Shown: positions 17,331-31,091 of the stretch, in pieces
Layout: every line of letters begins with the position of its first letter
How positions within the stretch are numbered: the first letter of the stretch is position 1
From: Bugula neritina
Taxonomy: Eukaryota; Animalia; Bryozoa
Length of the DNA: 64,000 nt
Direction of reading: 5' to 3'
Assembly: GCA_964035545.1 (NCBI GenBank)
Contig: OZ037766.1
Span: 30,866,773-30,930,772, forward strand
Notes under the pieces: model-generated
The model's database searches: none
Seen by the model: only the letters and a program-made list of their open reading frames with translations
What the model was told of the DNA's origin: nothing
Position numbers and translations under genes: made by a program

Positions 17331-18660
17331 TGCATATATATGTTCCCATATACACAAATATAGATATATTACACACATTTATATATATACAGATATCACT
17401 AATACGCATGTTTAAAAGGAAAAATACAATAGTAATATAGATTAAAAATATGCCATAAGGTGAAATATTAACACTTACATAGCAATTTTTTAAATCTGCT
17501 AATTATATGTGCCAAATTATTCACAATTCCAATTATTTTCATTTCGATATGCAATAAACAGAACTATTTAATTATTTAAGCTCATATTTGGTCAAGGTCT
17601 TTGAAATCTAAAACCTCCTACAATCTTTTAGGATATGTTTTTAAACTTTTAAAGCAGTTTTTAAAAACTTCAAATTTATACTTGAAAAAATTAAACTAAA
17701 TTTTAGATCTATCTAATTGGTATAAATTTGATTTAATATACCTTTGAGTGTTGGCATATAAGGCTTATATCAGCCTAATTGTACACTAATTATAAATATA
17801 CAAAATCAATTTATTTATAATCATTATAAAAATGTAGAGTTTTTTCAAATCCCAATGTTAGCATTACAAATCAACATATTTTCTCGTTCTCTAAAGACAA
17901 TCAATTTCTCATGATGTAACACTAATACTTTACTACAAATAATAAAGTCATGAAATCTTGTTTTTTTATTCACCTTAAACAATTTTAATGTTAGAATTAG
18001 GCATTATATATGCATTATATTATCCGACTTATTGTAAACTGTCCAACTAATAACGATCCCTTTCATTTAGGCGAAATCGTTAAATTGCTTGTAGAATCAA
18101 CAATAACTATATAATGTAGATGCTAATATGAAACGATATATTGTTATATTTTTTATCATATTTACTTTGTTTTGAATATAACTTTTCTAAATAATTGACT
18201 TCTTGCATCATCGGCTTGTATTGTGCTTGTTAGCTTGAAGCCTACAAATTGATAACAGAAATATTTTATTTTATCTGCACTGTTTTGTTTAATGTAGTCA
18301 ATTTTTCTTGCTTGCATTTATCAGCGTATGAATGACAATGGCTAAAAGCCTAATACGTTTTTAGCCATTGCCATTATACTGTCAAAGTTTATTGCTTAAT
18401 TTTCACTGTATAGTTGTTTGCCAATAGAGTTACTGATTTTAACAACCTAAAGAGCCCTATACTCATTAGACGTACCCATAACATTAAACTGCACCTTACA
18501 AACTAATTGTAAAAAATTTGAAGCAAATTTAATTGTTTTATAAATGAAACACAACAAAGCATATAACCATTTACTAACTAAAGCAAAATATTCATCATTC
18601 TTTGAAAATGTTATGAAAAGCTTGTTATCCAGAGTACTAAAGTCAGTTGTAGGTCAGTTG

Positions 18661-19015
18661 TTAGTAGTATCCCTTGAATGGATATGGACAGAGTCTGAGG
18701 CAGCCAGCTATTTCCTTTCTGCAGTCAAACCTGTATCCACGGTTACTGCAGACATGTTTGTAGCTGTATTGGCAGCATGTCTACAGAAATTATGACATGC
18801 ATGTCATATATTATACTAAGCTGCTAAGGAAAATGCACACACACACATTTTATATTTTACTATATTTCTACAAACGTATGTTCAAGCATAATAATATTAT
18901 AAATAATTTTCATACACAAAATACTTACACCACCAGTGTAAGCAAGTCCTGCAGAAGCTGGGGCAAAGTTCATCAGACAAACAACAATGACAGCAACAAG
19001 GAAAATAACCTTCAT
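18661..19015 (-). CDS. Secreted cysteine-rich peptide, locus 6 (subfamily A)
   Basis: Exons 19015-18929 and 18780-18661. MKVIFLVAVIVVCLMNFAPASAGLAYTGG|TCCQYSYKHVCSNRGYRFDCRKEIAGCLRLCPYPFKGYY*. TATAAAA 19296-19290; exon 1 donor 19239-19234. Confidence 0.92.
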
Positions 19016-21370
19016 GATGATTTTCTATAATTCATCAATAAAAAGAATGAAATAAATCACTGCAATTTTATTTTAATCTGTTAAAAGGAGAACTAACAAT
19101 AATTTTTCTTGTTCAAATCTTTATATTTTTAAAAGGAAAACTAACTTAATTGACTGCAGGTTAGGTTAATTTGCATAAGTTTACAACATAATAAATAGTT
19201 GTTTCAGAAGTATTTTAGAACCAAAATCCATCAACTCACTTGATTGAGACTTCTTTGCTTGCTCTAATTTCCTTTAATGTTACTGCTCCTTTTATACCAA
19301 CTTTTGATGTGCATCTATTCTGCTACCAAGCCAATCAAATTTCCATTTTTGTAATCTTTACTTCCTTGAATGTGATTTGATAGCAGATCAATTTCCAATA
19401 ATACTTATTTTAAAGCAGTTTGAAGAAAATATTTGCCTATTTATATTAATTTTTAAAAGCTCATTATGCAGAAACAAACGACTTATTGTCTTCAATTGCT
19501 TTCAAATTTTTAAAAGAACCTGGATCGCGCCATGCCTTGTCACATACGACCTGTTCTTTGTTATATAGCAGAAGAAAGACGACTTTTCACTATTTGTAAA
19601 TGGCATCATATTTCTCACAAATGACTAATTCAGGCCATAAGCATTCAGTTTGTTAATTCATCAATATAGGTAAAATTAGTCCTGTAGATATCTATACTTG
19701 CAGCTGTAAATATTGAGGTCTTTTGATGAATATATAGGAGCGCAATAGGTTTAGGCTTGTGAACATTGTTAAATGTAAGCTACCAATAAATGAATGATCT
19801 AGTACCTGAAACTATAATCTGTCCATCCTATTCTTTTGAAGTAAATTGAAGTAAAATAACTTTTTAACAAAAATTTCAAAATATAATTTGAATGTTATAT
19901 TCGTTCATACTACATGTTTTATAAATAATAAGAATAAAAGTAGCATTTGTTCCTATAATATATTATAGGGTTATGTAATTTACTTTTTGCAGCTATCATT
20001 AGTTCTAAATGCCTTAACTTTTTATAATTATTTTTATTAATTTATTTGGCAGTATATGAAAAATAATTAGAGGTACTTGATTTACTAAAATCAACATAAT
20101 ATTCCATTTAAATTATGTACTTTTGACACTAATATTAGCAATGTGTTAACAATAGCTTTAAGTTTTTAATGCTAGCTTCAGCTAGGTACAATCTACAGGG
20201 TACTGATTGAAGGTTTAGTTAAACCATTCCAATCTTGGCTATGTTAAAAGTAATACACGCAGTGGAGAAAAAACAAGGTGTAGCCATGTTATTTTCCTGG
20301 TTTATTCATTTTACTTTAGTATTTCAGTTTAAATTTTTAGCTGAGTCATCGACATTCACTACTTATTACATCATGACTGGCTGACTATAGCTGGAGTTGT
20401 GCTCCTTTGCCATGCTAGTACAAATATTCACACAGATTACCTTAACTTATATAAACTTATTTAACATTGACTACATTATCTAAGATTTCATATTTTATAT
20501 TAAAACTTTAGCAATTATTTTTTTAGATATTTCAAATAAAAAACGCTTGAGCTGCGTACAACTAAAGATTCAGCAATAAAACCAAAACTTCTCCACTACT
20601 TGGGTTTATTACAACCTGCTCAGGAAAAGGGTCTTGACTAAACCACCATTTTGCATTGGAAAAATGTTGGCATCTTGAAAATTCTAGTATATACCATTTG
20701 TATCTTATAAGAATTTTCTTACGCTACACATAATTGGAAAATACTGTGAAACCTACTGTAATGTTTCTAAATTGGCAATTTTTTTAAAATCTGAGTTGCT
20801 TATAACCAGAATGTAGTTTGAATTTAACTCGAAGAAAGATGGTGGAGTTCAATAAAAAATGAAGCAATTATATGGCAGAAAAATACAGAGATTGCTTTTA
20901 ATTCTCCTAGCTAATGTTGTCCCAAAATCTATCTCCCTATAATGCACATTGTTGCTCAGTGCACTGGCTTTCGAATACTCTGGGTGCTATTTACTCCATC
21001 AATGTTTGAAATACCTTTACATATTGACGCTTATATGTTGACAAATTTTATCTAGCATGAATAAGTCATGAATGCTGCAACAATTGTTTTTAAATTATCA
21101 TGAATATCATGTTTTGCTTGTCCACCATGCAAAAGAACTTGAATATGCCTTAACTTCATAAACAATTATGGTATGCAGGCTCATACTTGAAACAGTTTAC
21201 TATGACAACTGCATGTCTTAAGTAAAGATACAGTGAAGTGTTAGAGCAAAATGCAATTTATTTAGAATGAAATTATGGCAAAGCAAACTAAAACAGAGTT
21301 GTATGAATTATGTTATGGAAATTTGTATCAAAGCAGTTCTTGAATCCAGAAATCATTTGCAGGTTGTTTG

Positions 21371-21848
21371 TTAGTAGTATCCTTTGAATGGGTAGCCGCA
21401 GTAAGAAAGACAGCCAACGTTTACTTTGTTACATTCTTGTTTGTATCCAACCGTCTTGCAGATCGTTTTGTAATGATATGAACAACATCTCTGCAATTGC
21501 AGAAAATTGATATACTATATATTATGTTATTTTGTTGTAGTAATTCTCTATATAAACAGCAGAAAATCACATTAAACTTGTTGGTAATAAATCAGATGAT
21601 ATATAAGCTGACAATAAACTATAATATATTATAGCATTATATATGCCAAAGCTATACCGTGTAAGTTGTAACATTTTAGGTTTCAAACATAATTTCTTAA
21701 GGGTATACATGTTTATTTGAATGCTATTTCATAAAAAATATTCTTTTTACAGAATACTTACTCGACCAGGATAATAAGCTCCTCCCTTCACTGGGGCAAA
21801 GGTCATCAGACAAACAGCAATGACAGCAACAAGGAAAAGAACCTTCAT
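21371..21848 (-). CDS. Secreted cysteine-rich peptide, locus 7 (subfamily A)
   Basis: Exons 21848-21762 and 21490-21371. MKVLFLVAVIAVCLMTFAPVKGGAYYPGR|RCCSYHYKTICKTVGYKQECNKVNVGCLSYCGYPFKGYY*. TATAAAA 22103-22097; exon 1 ends at 22032 (GTTAGT donor). Confidence 0.92.
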
Positions 21849-23020
21849 GGTGATATTCTGCAAGTCAAAAATAGTAAACAGTTATGATAGAATGTTGGAC
21901 ACTTTTTTTAACATGCTGCATCAAAAGATGAAAAAAATACTAATTTGAAGCGGAACAAAACTTCTAATGTTTCTCACTGTTTTAAGTTTGTTACATGATA
22001 AAATATTAATACATGCAAAATGTTTACTAACCTGTGGTTGATTTTCTTGCTTGAATATATAAGCTCAGTTGTGATTTCCTTGCAAAATGCTGCAACTTTT
22101 ATATCAAAATAGGATTTTCTCTTAGTCATGTTTTTTCCTTCAACTGTTTTTAATTGCAAATTAGATAGTAATAATACATTTTTAAAAGCTGTGTGATGAC
22201 TACATTTATATGCAGTATTATGCACATTTTTTTTTCTTAAATAATTACTTTTCATAAAATCTTGCAAATTCATTGCCTATTTTTTATATTTTTTTATTTA
22301 TGGAAAACATTTCAAATACACAATGCATATGGCTGCTTAGATAAAACTGCTCTGGTAAAATTTGGTCATTTCTCAAACTAAGTTGCTTTTGACGTCTTTT
22401 ATCATTTGGTATTTTTGTTATTTTATAGTTGTTGGCAGTCTGCATGCCGTTTTCCTAATTTTCTACAAATTCTTTAAAAAGGCTCAAAATGTGTTGTTGC
22501 AACATATGCAGCGAATAAAATATATATTGGTAACACAGAGAGCGGTCATGGTAAATCTACATAAGTATATGTATAAGTAACATGATAATTTGCTACTTAT
22601 GCATAAATACTGTACACTATATTATGTAATATTTTGTATATTTCTAAAAAATATTTCAAAAAATTTAAAACAACTTAATTATTCTGAGATAAATTGGTAA
22701 TTCAAAAAAATTAAATCATTTTATAGTATTTACAGAAAATACATAATGGTAACATTTTTTACCAGCTGAAGGAAATGTGATCAGCAAAATGGTGAAAGCT
22801 ATATTTTTGATAGGTTTCATTATAACAATATTATGAGGCAGTTGATTAGTGCAGATTTTATATTTTACTATAGCATAATGGACAGAAATTAAAAAATACT
22901 GGTAAATTTTACAAGTTTAATCATGTAGCAAAAAGTTTTACAATTATCACTATATACTATAAGTTTCTAACATGTCTGCTATTTTATTTAAATAATATTT
23001 AAATAAAATAGCAGGCATGT

Positions 23021-23155
<135 letters not shown>

Positions 23156-23754
23156 GGCCCATATATTTGTGAGCTGTTCATAAAATTTCCATTTTATGCA
23201 TGCGCTAAGTTGAGGATAGGTTTGAGTGATAGCAGTATCAATAAATAAGTTCTCTATACCTATATATAGTGCCAGTTTATTGAAATAACCCTTCCTGACT
23301 AATTATATAACTCTAAAGAGCTATCTATATTTTGCTGAACTAATTAATAGCACAAGTCTCACCTGCATGTGATATGATTTTTGTAGGTTGTAGTTGAAAC
23401 AATTAACCCCTCTACCAGAACAGGACAGAGTAGAGAGAGGTTAGCGTAACTTAAACGACTAATCAAATGCAGTCAAAATGATCACTCTATAACTAATGAA
23501 AATTCAATGGATTTTAAGCCTCAGTTGTTTGCATTTGCAGCATGCAAAAAATCAATACCTAAACATTTGATCAGAATAATTGAAAAGTTTGAAAATGAAT
23601 TTAAAATTTATTTTAGATTAAATTAACAGAAAAAAGTACATTCAGTAATTGAAGGGAAAGGATTAAAGTTTTGAATTGTCATAGGTCATACATATCCTGT
23701 GAAAGGTGCATGCTTATAGTAAAGCCGTTTTCACATATAGAAATCAATTGCAAG

Positions 23755-24305
23755 TCAATTGCTTGTATCACCTATTGCATAAGCGGTAACGGTAACTTTG
23801 ATAGTATAGTTGTTCTCTGATAAGCAGTAACGGTGACACACAATTCTCCATTTGCTGCAAACCCGCTGTTTACCATGACCTCTGCAGACATGTTTATATC
23901 TATGTTGGCAACATCTCTATGAATAACATAAAAACATATTTCATCACAATTTATATGGTGAAGCTGAAATATATACGTAGTATAGAAACTAAAAATATTT
24001 ATTACTTTGAAACTAGTTATATATGACATACTATATATTATGTTATATTCTATTTAACATGTTTTTCATCAATTAAACTACAACAGGTTTGTGAAGGTAG
24101 GTTTAGCTATTCACTGTAGTACGCATTATAAAAGTAACTTGAAGAGTTGAAATTTCTTAAACAAATTACTAGCATTTCTATGTACGTAATACAGAGATAA
24201 ATTTTGTAAAGCACTCACCCGTCCAAGATAGTTAGTTCCCTCAGCAGCTGGGGCAAAGGTCATCAGACAAACAGCAATGGCAGCAACAAGAAAAAAGACA
24301 TTCAT
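23755..24305 (-). CDS. Secreted cysteine-rich peptide, locus 8 (divergent, extended C-terminus)
   Basis: Exons 24305-24219 and 23916-23755. MNVFFLVAAIAVCLMTFAPAAEGTNYLGR|RCCQHRYKHVCRGHGKQRVCSKWRIVCHRYCLSENNYTIKVTVTAYAIGDTSN*. Exon 1 donor 24524-24519; the TATA position is degenerate. Confidence 0.8.
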
Positions 24306-25341
24306 TATGGTTTCTTGAAATCTAAAATCAAAAAATACGTAGGTATCTGCATGCTCTTTATACTTTTTCATTCCGTTATAATAGACACAAAGCGTCAAAA
24401 TGACTTTTTTCTATTTTTTGCTTCTATCATTTTCTTTGATTGCAAATTTTGAACAAAGATATATCATATGAATAAACATTTCACGAGTATTTTAAGATGC
24501 ATGCTAGCTGTAAGTATAACTCACCTGGTTAGTACTTTCTTGCTGGAATATATGCTTAGTTGTGATTAATTTTGTGCACCCGTCTGCATATCCACTGAGG
24601 TATAATGACTTATTTTGTAGTTTTATTTTCCTAACGGTGATTTGATGACGGATCAACTTAGAGTGATATACCTATCTTTATAGACATGATTCTTATGTAC
24701 AATAGGATTCTGCACTTATATTATTATGTTTCAATAATTCTACATAAGCAAGTGACCTAATAAAATGTTCTGTAAGAAGGTTTAAATGTGAAGCCTTGAT
24801 ATTAAGTAAAGAGGAGATAATAATGGTCACAAATGTGTTAGTTTCTGATGTGGATGTTAGTTGAATATCTATCTGTCAATTGTTGCAGGAATTTTTGTTT
24901 ATAGATATATAGTTTAGAATTCCATATGTTAAACGAAGATTTTATTGAAATTATCTGCTGTATATATGCACCATAAGCAGTTATCTTAAAATATATGTGA
25001 GCTGTACATGAAAGTTTGATTCTACACACATATATGATATTTCAACAAATGGCAATATAATAACTAACTATCAACAGCTGGTAGCTTGGTATTCTATCCA
25101 GTTGAGCAGAAATAAATCACTCATTAAAATCATATTGACATGTGCTTATACTGTCTTATATCAACTTGCAAGTTATATACACAATGATTTTGTTTATAAG
25201 TCATTGTTTAATAATTTATCTTATGATTTATCAATTACAAACTAATTACACTTGGACTACTTGAGTTATTATTTTACCTTTACACAACTATTTATTTTTA
25301 TAGAATTATGTTTATTGGTATTTTTTACTGAAATGCAGTAG

Positions 25342-25344
<3 letters not shown>

Positions 25345-25433
<89 letters not shown>
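25345..25433. repeat. (TA)n microsatellite
   Basis: Directly visible. Confidence 0.97.
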
Positions 25434-25435
<2 letters not shown>

Positions 25436-25737
25436 CTTTATAAGCTTTATTCGTACCTACTGCAATATTGTTTTCAAAGTTATCATAATTTCTATTTTGT
25501 TATATATAATCATTTTTATAATACTTTTTGAATAAATTTTGCATTGAGAGTATATATGCTGGGATTACATTTTCTATTCTATAACTAGTTAAAATTTTAT
25601 ATAATAATGCAGATTCAAAATTTATTGCAGATGAATTAAAAAATCAAAGAAATTATAATTAACAACTAAACCAAAAGTGAACTCTTGTTTTTGTATAAAG
25701 AATAAAGCAAAATTTGACATCATAATAATTTTAAAAT

Positions 25738-26245
25738 TTAGTATGAATTGGTTGCAGGTAAGTTGCTAGTGGTATCCTTGATATTCCTATTACTGCAATC
25801 GCGTCTGTATCCGCTAGTACTGCATTTTGGTTTGTACATATATTGGCAGCAGCTCTATAAACAAGATTGATAATAATGTTAAAAGTCACGTTTTATAAGC
25901 TTATGATATCATAATACTGGAAAATATGGTATTATAAACTGTAGACTTGATGCATTCAATCAACATAAATCAAAAATACTACGCTATACTATAGTTACAC
26001 AAAGAGTCAAATATATCATCTTCAATCCCACACGGCTTTTTTTAAATTCCAAATGAAGTGTGGTGTTGCACCATAAATCAATAACCCAAAATTTTATTTC
26101 AATTGGGATTCCTAACTTGGGAAAAATGTGAGCTACTCACACGGCGGCGACTAACACGACGAGGAATATAGTTAGCTGCCTCAGCATCTGGGGCAAAAGT
26201 CATCAGACAAACAGCAATGACAGCAGCAAGAAAAAGAACCTTCAT
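25738..26245 (-). CDS. Secreted peptide, locus 9 (4-Cys deletion/frameshift variant; possibly decaying)
   Basis: Exons 26245-26141 and 25854-25738. MKVLFLAAVIAVCLMTFAPDAEAANYIPRRVSRRR|SCCQYMYKPKCSTSGYRRDCSNRNIKDTTSNLPATNSY*. The ancestral end TAT CAA GGA TAC CAC TAG is out of frame. TATAAAA 26525-26519 is intact. Confidence 0.72.
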
Positions 26246-27639
26246 GATGATCGTTGAAACCTAAGAGGAAAAGCTAAAATGCTAAACATTGTACTTTTCT
26301 AAACTTGCTATATATGCCAAATAATTGCAATTACTTTTTTATTTAAAATTATTATAGTTTCTTTTAAAAATCTCTAATGTAGACTATCACAAAAAAATCC
26401 CATCTTATAAAATCAGTGAGATGCATGTTATAGATACTATACTAAATTATAACTCACTTGGTTGACTTTGTCACTTGAATATAAGCTCAGTTGTGAATAA
26501 CTTTGAATTTCCTGCTACTTTTATACTAAACTTAATTGTGCATGATGGTATTTTAGCTTTTTACTTAGAATATGAGCAAAATAGGCTGACTTAGTTTACA
26601 TATTTTTTCCAACAGTGATTTAATATCTGATCAACATAAGAAAAGCACCTGCATGCTTTTAAAGACGAACTATAATAGTTCTATACAATATATAATTAAA
26701 TGCTTCTTATCCTGTTCAGTCAATTATAGTAAATATATAATATCATGAGAACTTATAAAGGGTTTAGGATTTTGACTGCATACTAAGTATATCAGGAGTG
26801 TAAGCTATAGATTCATTGACACTCACAGCTGCTTCCACAGTTTAATAATAATATGCCTAAAAATAACAACGATTTTCTTCTTCTGCACTAGCTGTGACTT
26901 ATATTAGATTGCAACGTAGCCTAATATGTATATAAGCAATATCACTAACAATATTTTCAGGGTTTAAAAATCATTTATTTATGTATATATATGTTAAATA
27001 TTTTAAACTAAAATAAAGAATGAAGATTATCTTTAAAGTGAACACAAATACAAAACTTTTGATCGTTTATGCAGTATTTGCTTTTTCAACAGATTTATGA
27101 TCATGCAGTGACCTCTCAATTCTCAGTTCCCTATTTATATAGTAAGTTTACTCAAAATCTTTCTCGGCCTTTTGCTACCGTAAGCTGATCATGTTTTTCT
27201 CTCTTGTTTGACTCGCTTTATCATTTGATAAATTATGTAAATTTAAGGCTTTAGCAATGTTTGTATAAAAAAGACAATGCAGTTAAATATTTAATAAAAG
27301 CATGGTTTAGCCTTTGACATGATGATCAACAGCTTCATGCATAAGAATTTCTTAAATTTTCATTTTAACTTTTGCACTGCGGTTTATTTCATTTGTGTCT
27401 CATTAATTGGTTAAATCATAAAATTTAATTATTTGCAATAATTGGTACAAGTTTTCAAAATAAAATGCAGATTGGTTAAATTTATTTAAATCAAGACAAA
27501 AATGTTACAAAACGTCGGAGAAAGTTAATCAAAGAACTTTTTCATGTAGAAATTAGATAAAAAAGACTCATTTTTCAATTGGACATGAATTTTAGGGTAA
27601 CAGGAATCAAAGATCAGTTGCAAGGGAGCTGTTGGTAGT

Positions 27640-28158
27640 TTATCCTTTGTATGCGCAGTAACGGAGACAGCCAATTTTTACTTTGTTGCACACAAGCTTG
27701 TAATGTATGGTTCTACAGTATCGTCTGTACTTGTATACACAACACCTCTATATAATAAACAACCAAAACTGTAATTATAGGATATAATATATTAACAAAC
27801 AGCATACTGTTGTTGTAGAAAGTATATATAAACATGCAACAAATAGTTTACTAATGATATTTTGTTATAGAAAATGAACATTAACAGATCACTCAACTGC
27901 AATACCAAGCATAGTTGAATGCACAGTTTTATAATATTATATTGCCCAAGCTAAGTATTACATTTAGAATTTCTTCATATGCCATGATGTATTATGTTTT
28001 CTTTTACCTCAATATATGTATATATGCCTAATTTATTTAAAAAAAATACTTATAGAATTGTTAGTACTCACACGGACAGGATAGTAAATTGCCTCAGTAG
28101 CTGGGGCAAAGGTCATCAGACAAACAGCAATGGCAGCAACAAGGAAAAGGACCTTCAT
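27640..28158 (-). CDS. Secreted cysteine-rich cationic peptide, locus 10 (ends in Gly)
   Basis: Exons 28158-28072 and 27747-27640. MKVLFLVAAIAVCLMTFAPATEA-IYYPVR|RCCVYKYRRYCRTIHYKLVCNKVKIGCLRYCAYKG*. TATAAAT 28439-28433; exon 1 donor 28371-28366. Confidence 0.92.
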
Positions 28159-29151
28159 GATGTTTTTCTACAATATAGGAATACAACGCAGTTCGTGAAT
28201 ACATAACATATTTATAAACTAATTTAATATATATAGAGTTTAAAATTATGCTAAATCCCTAAGAAAAATTCACTTCTGCAACAAGAAATAGGTGTTTATT
28301 ATTATTTTTTACCATGACATATATTTTATTTAGATTATATAACATTAAATAAATATCAAACTGTAACTTACTTGGCTGACTCTGTTGCTTCAAAACAAAC
28401 TGAGATGTGACTTTGCTTGCAACTTTCTCCTCATTTATACTAAAAATATGTGTTTCGCAATATCAGCGATTCAGTAAAATAAAAAGCATTTTTTGCTGCT
28501 CAACTGCTTTCCATTTCCTGCTTTTGTTTTAAAGTTACTGATTTATTCAAAATCAGTAACCTGGAGTTTCCTTGACAATAGCGCAATTATAGACTCAAAA
28601 TCCTGATACAGTTGTTTTACATTTAGACAGGAAACAGCCACCAATTCTGGACACTATTATTTTTTTCTTTGACTGATTTTTTGCTTAATTTTATGAGTTT
28701 CCTTATTATATGAAAATCATGATTATTTCAATTCGCATCACTACATGTACACCTTGCTCCGGAAAAACAGGAAATTTTCGATAAATATATATATAATATA
28801 CATTATTGCACAATAAATTTGTTTTCATGAGATGCATTTTTCTAAGACTGAGTTAAGTTATAAGTTAAGTTAGTTATAACTATATTAGTGTAACCAAATC
28901 ACTATAAAAGCAATTCTTTGTATCTATTTGAGTTAAAAAGATCTCATATGTTTTAGTTTTATCAACAAAGTGGTAATTGCATGCAAATAGAGCTTTTTAA
29001 TTTATTTAAACTTCTTGCAAATGAAATTTACTCTAAAATGCATGGCATAGGTTGCCCCTATGTAGCATATATATAGGCTATATATATTCTATATATGATA
29101 TACACATATACAGAATAGTTTTTATGATAACTATAAAACAATCAAAACCAG

Positions 29152-29364
29152 TGTTATAGTGGCACGCTGAGAGTTTAGCTAATGACAATAGCCTATCAGA
29201 TATGTGAGCTATCGTGTTACTAAGAGTTGCCCTACCAGTCACCGTATAGCTGAGATAGCTACAAGCTAAGGCAGATAAAACCCAGACGAACGGAGCGAAC
29301 GCGCACTTTCATCTAGCAGCTTTAACACAGGTAAGACCTACTATTACGTTCTGGTAATCTAACA
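29152..29364 (+). mobile_element. Solo LTR (213 bp), same family as the element at 31533-35243
   Basis: TGTTA...TAACA termini, 5-bp target-site duplication ACCAG (29147-29151 and 29365-29369); about 16 mismatches to the LTR at 31533 by eye. Confidence 0.95.
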
Positions 29365-30051
29365 ACCAGCATAACTATATTTACTGAATTAAGCTCTACT
29401 TTAATGCCTGCAGGTATATTCGAATCGCACAGACACTTGCACTGTATGACCACTTGTGCACATATTATGCTTTTATTTTGTCATGGCTAGAATAAAAAAA
29501 TGTTTTTACATACAGCTTTTAGAAACATTTTTTTGAATGTATATAATAACGATTTTGCTTAAAAATATATGTGCAATGAAAATATTGGTTATAATTGTGC
29601 ATGTCTAGAAAATATTGAGTATTTGCAATATGTATATACAACAAGCATGAGAAGATTGTTCTTGTTGCATTTAACAGCAATATATATATTTGTCACATAG
29701 GCTGTATTATACAGTGGTAATATTAATTATGGGACCGCTTGAAATAAACTTATTATTTATTAGTTATTAGTAATTTGCTCAATATTTATAAGGTGATATA
29801 GGGTAATATGCATATCAATGGTAAGCTAAATATGTTCTCTACAAGAATATTTTTAAAAACCAGCGGATTTCAGTTTTTGCAGTACAATTTTGGGCCAATA
29901 TACTCATCTTAGTATTGAAATTGAAAATTTTAGTAAAATTGCAACTTAATTTTTTTCAAAAATTGCAATGATTTTTACTTATTTTTTAAACATAACTCTT
30001 TGAAATTAAAGTGGTTGCCCTAAAAGGGTATATGGGGTTAATAGGTGCATT

Positions 30052-30550
30052 TTAATATTTTGTTGGCAATCCTTGTTGTCAATCACAGCTCGACAGCGTT
30101 TGGCATGCCGGCAACAAGTTCTGAGAGCAGTTCCGAGGATACCACTCGAAACCAGGGCTGTATAATGAGCTCAATCAGTTTTCTATTGGTTGTTGGCTTG
30201 TTTTTTGCAATTATTTGACCAATCTTACACCATAAATTTTCAATTGAATTGAGATCCGGTGATTGGGCAGGCCAGCTGAGAGATCTCACATTACTTCTTG
30301 ACCTTCTTGGCTGCATTGCAAGGTGTGTTATCCTGTTGGTACAGCCATGGTCCATGAAAGATATCTCTTACTGATGAAAACCCCACTTTCTCCAACACAT
30401 CACTGTATTTAGTAGCACTCATCATGCCTTCGACAACAATAAGTCCATCAGGACTACTCGCTGCAAAGCACTCCCATACCATGAGAGAAGTCGGATGTTT
30501 AATGAATGCTAGAGGGACGCATGTCTGGCCTGGGCTAAAGAGCACCTGAC
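30052..30550 (-). pseudogene. Tc1 (DD34E) transposase C-terminal remnant, left arm
   Basis: Frameshifted motifs KHPTSLMVWECF, QQDNTPC, WPAQSPDLNSIENLW, RCRAVIDNK..TKY*. Confidence 0.9.
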
Positions 30551-31091
30551 ATGAACACCCCAGCAGTGGCAAAAAATTCTTTGTAGTAATGAAAGTACAT
30601 TTAATATCTTGGCCTGGTGAAGAGTTTGACCCAAAGTGTATTCTTCCAACCATTAAATATTCAACTTCCGCCACGGTCATGGGTGCTTAGCAGCGAGTGG
30701 TCCTCCTGGTGGACTTCATGTAAGGCATAATGAGTGCTACTAAATACTGTAATGTGTTAGAGAAAGTAATGCTTCCACCAGTAGAGATCTCTTTCATGGA
30801 TAACGCATTTTGCAATACAGCCAAGAAAGTCAAGAAGTGGATGGAAGACCGTGACGTGAGATCTCTCAGGTGGCCTGCCCAATTGCCACATCTCAAATTG
30901 AGAATTCATAGTGTAAGATCAGTCAACTGATTGCAAAAAAAACAAGCCAACAACCAACGGAAAACTATTTGAGCTCATTATACAGTCTTGGTTCCGAGTG
31001 GTATACTCGGAACTGCTCTCCAAACTTGTTGCCGGCATGCCAAACGCTGTCGAGCTGTGATTGACAACAAGGGTTGCCAACAAAATATTAA
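30551..31091 (+). pseudogene. Tc1 (DD34E) transposase C-terminal remnant, right arm
   Basis: QWQKILCSNESTF (decayed SDES), PGEEFDPKCILPTIK, MSATKYCNVLEK, LRWPAQ, RCRAVIDNKG..TKY*. Confidence 0.88.
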
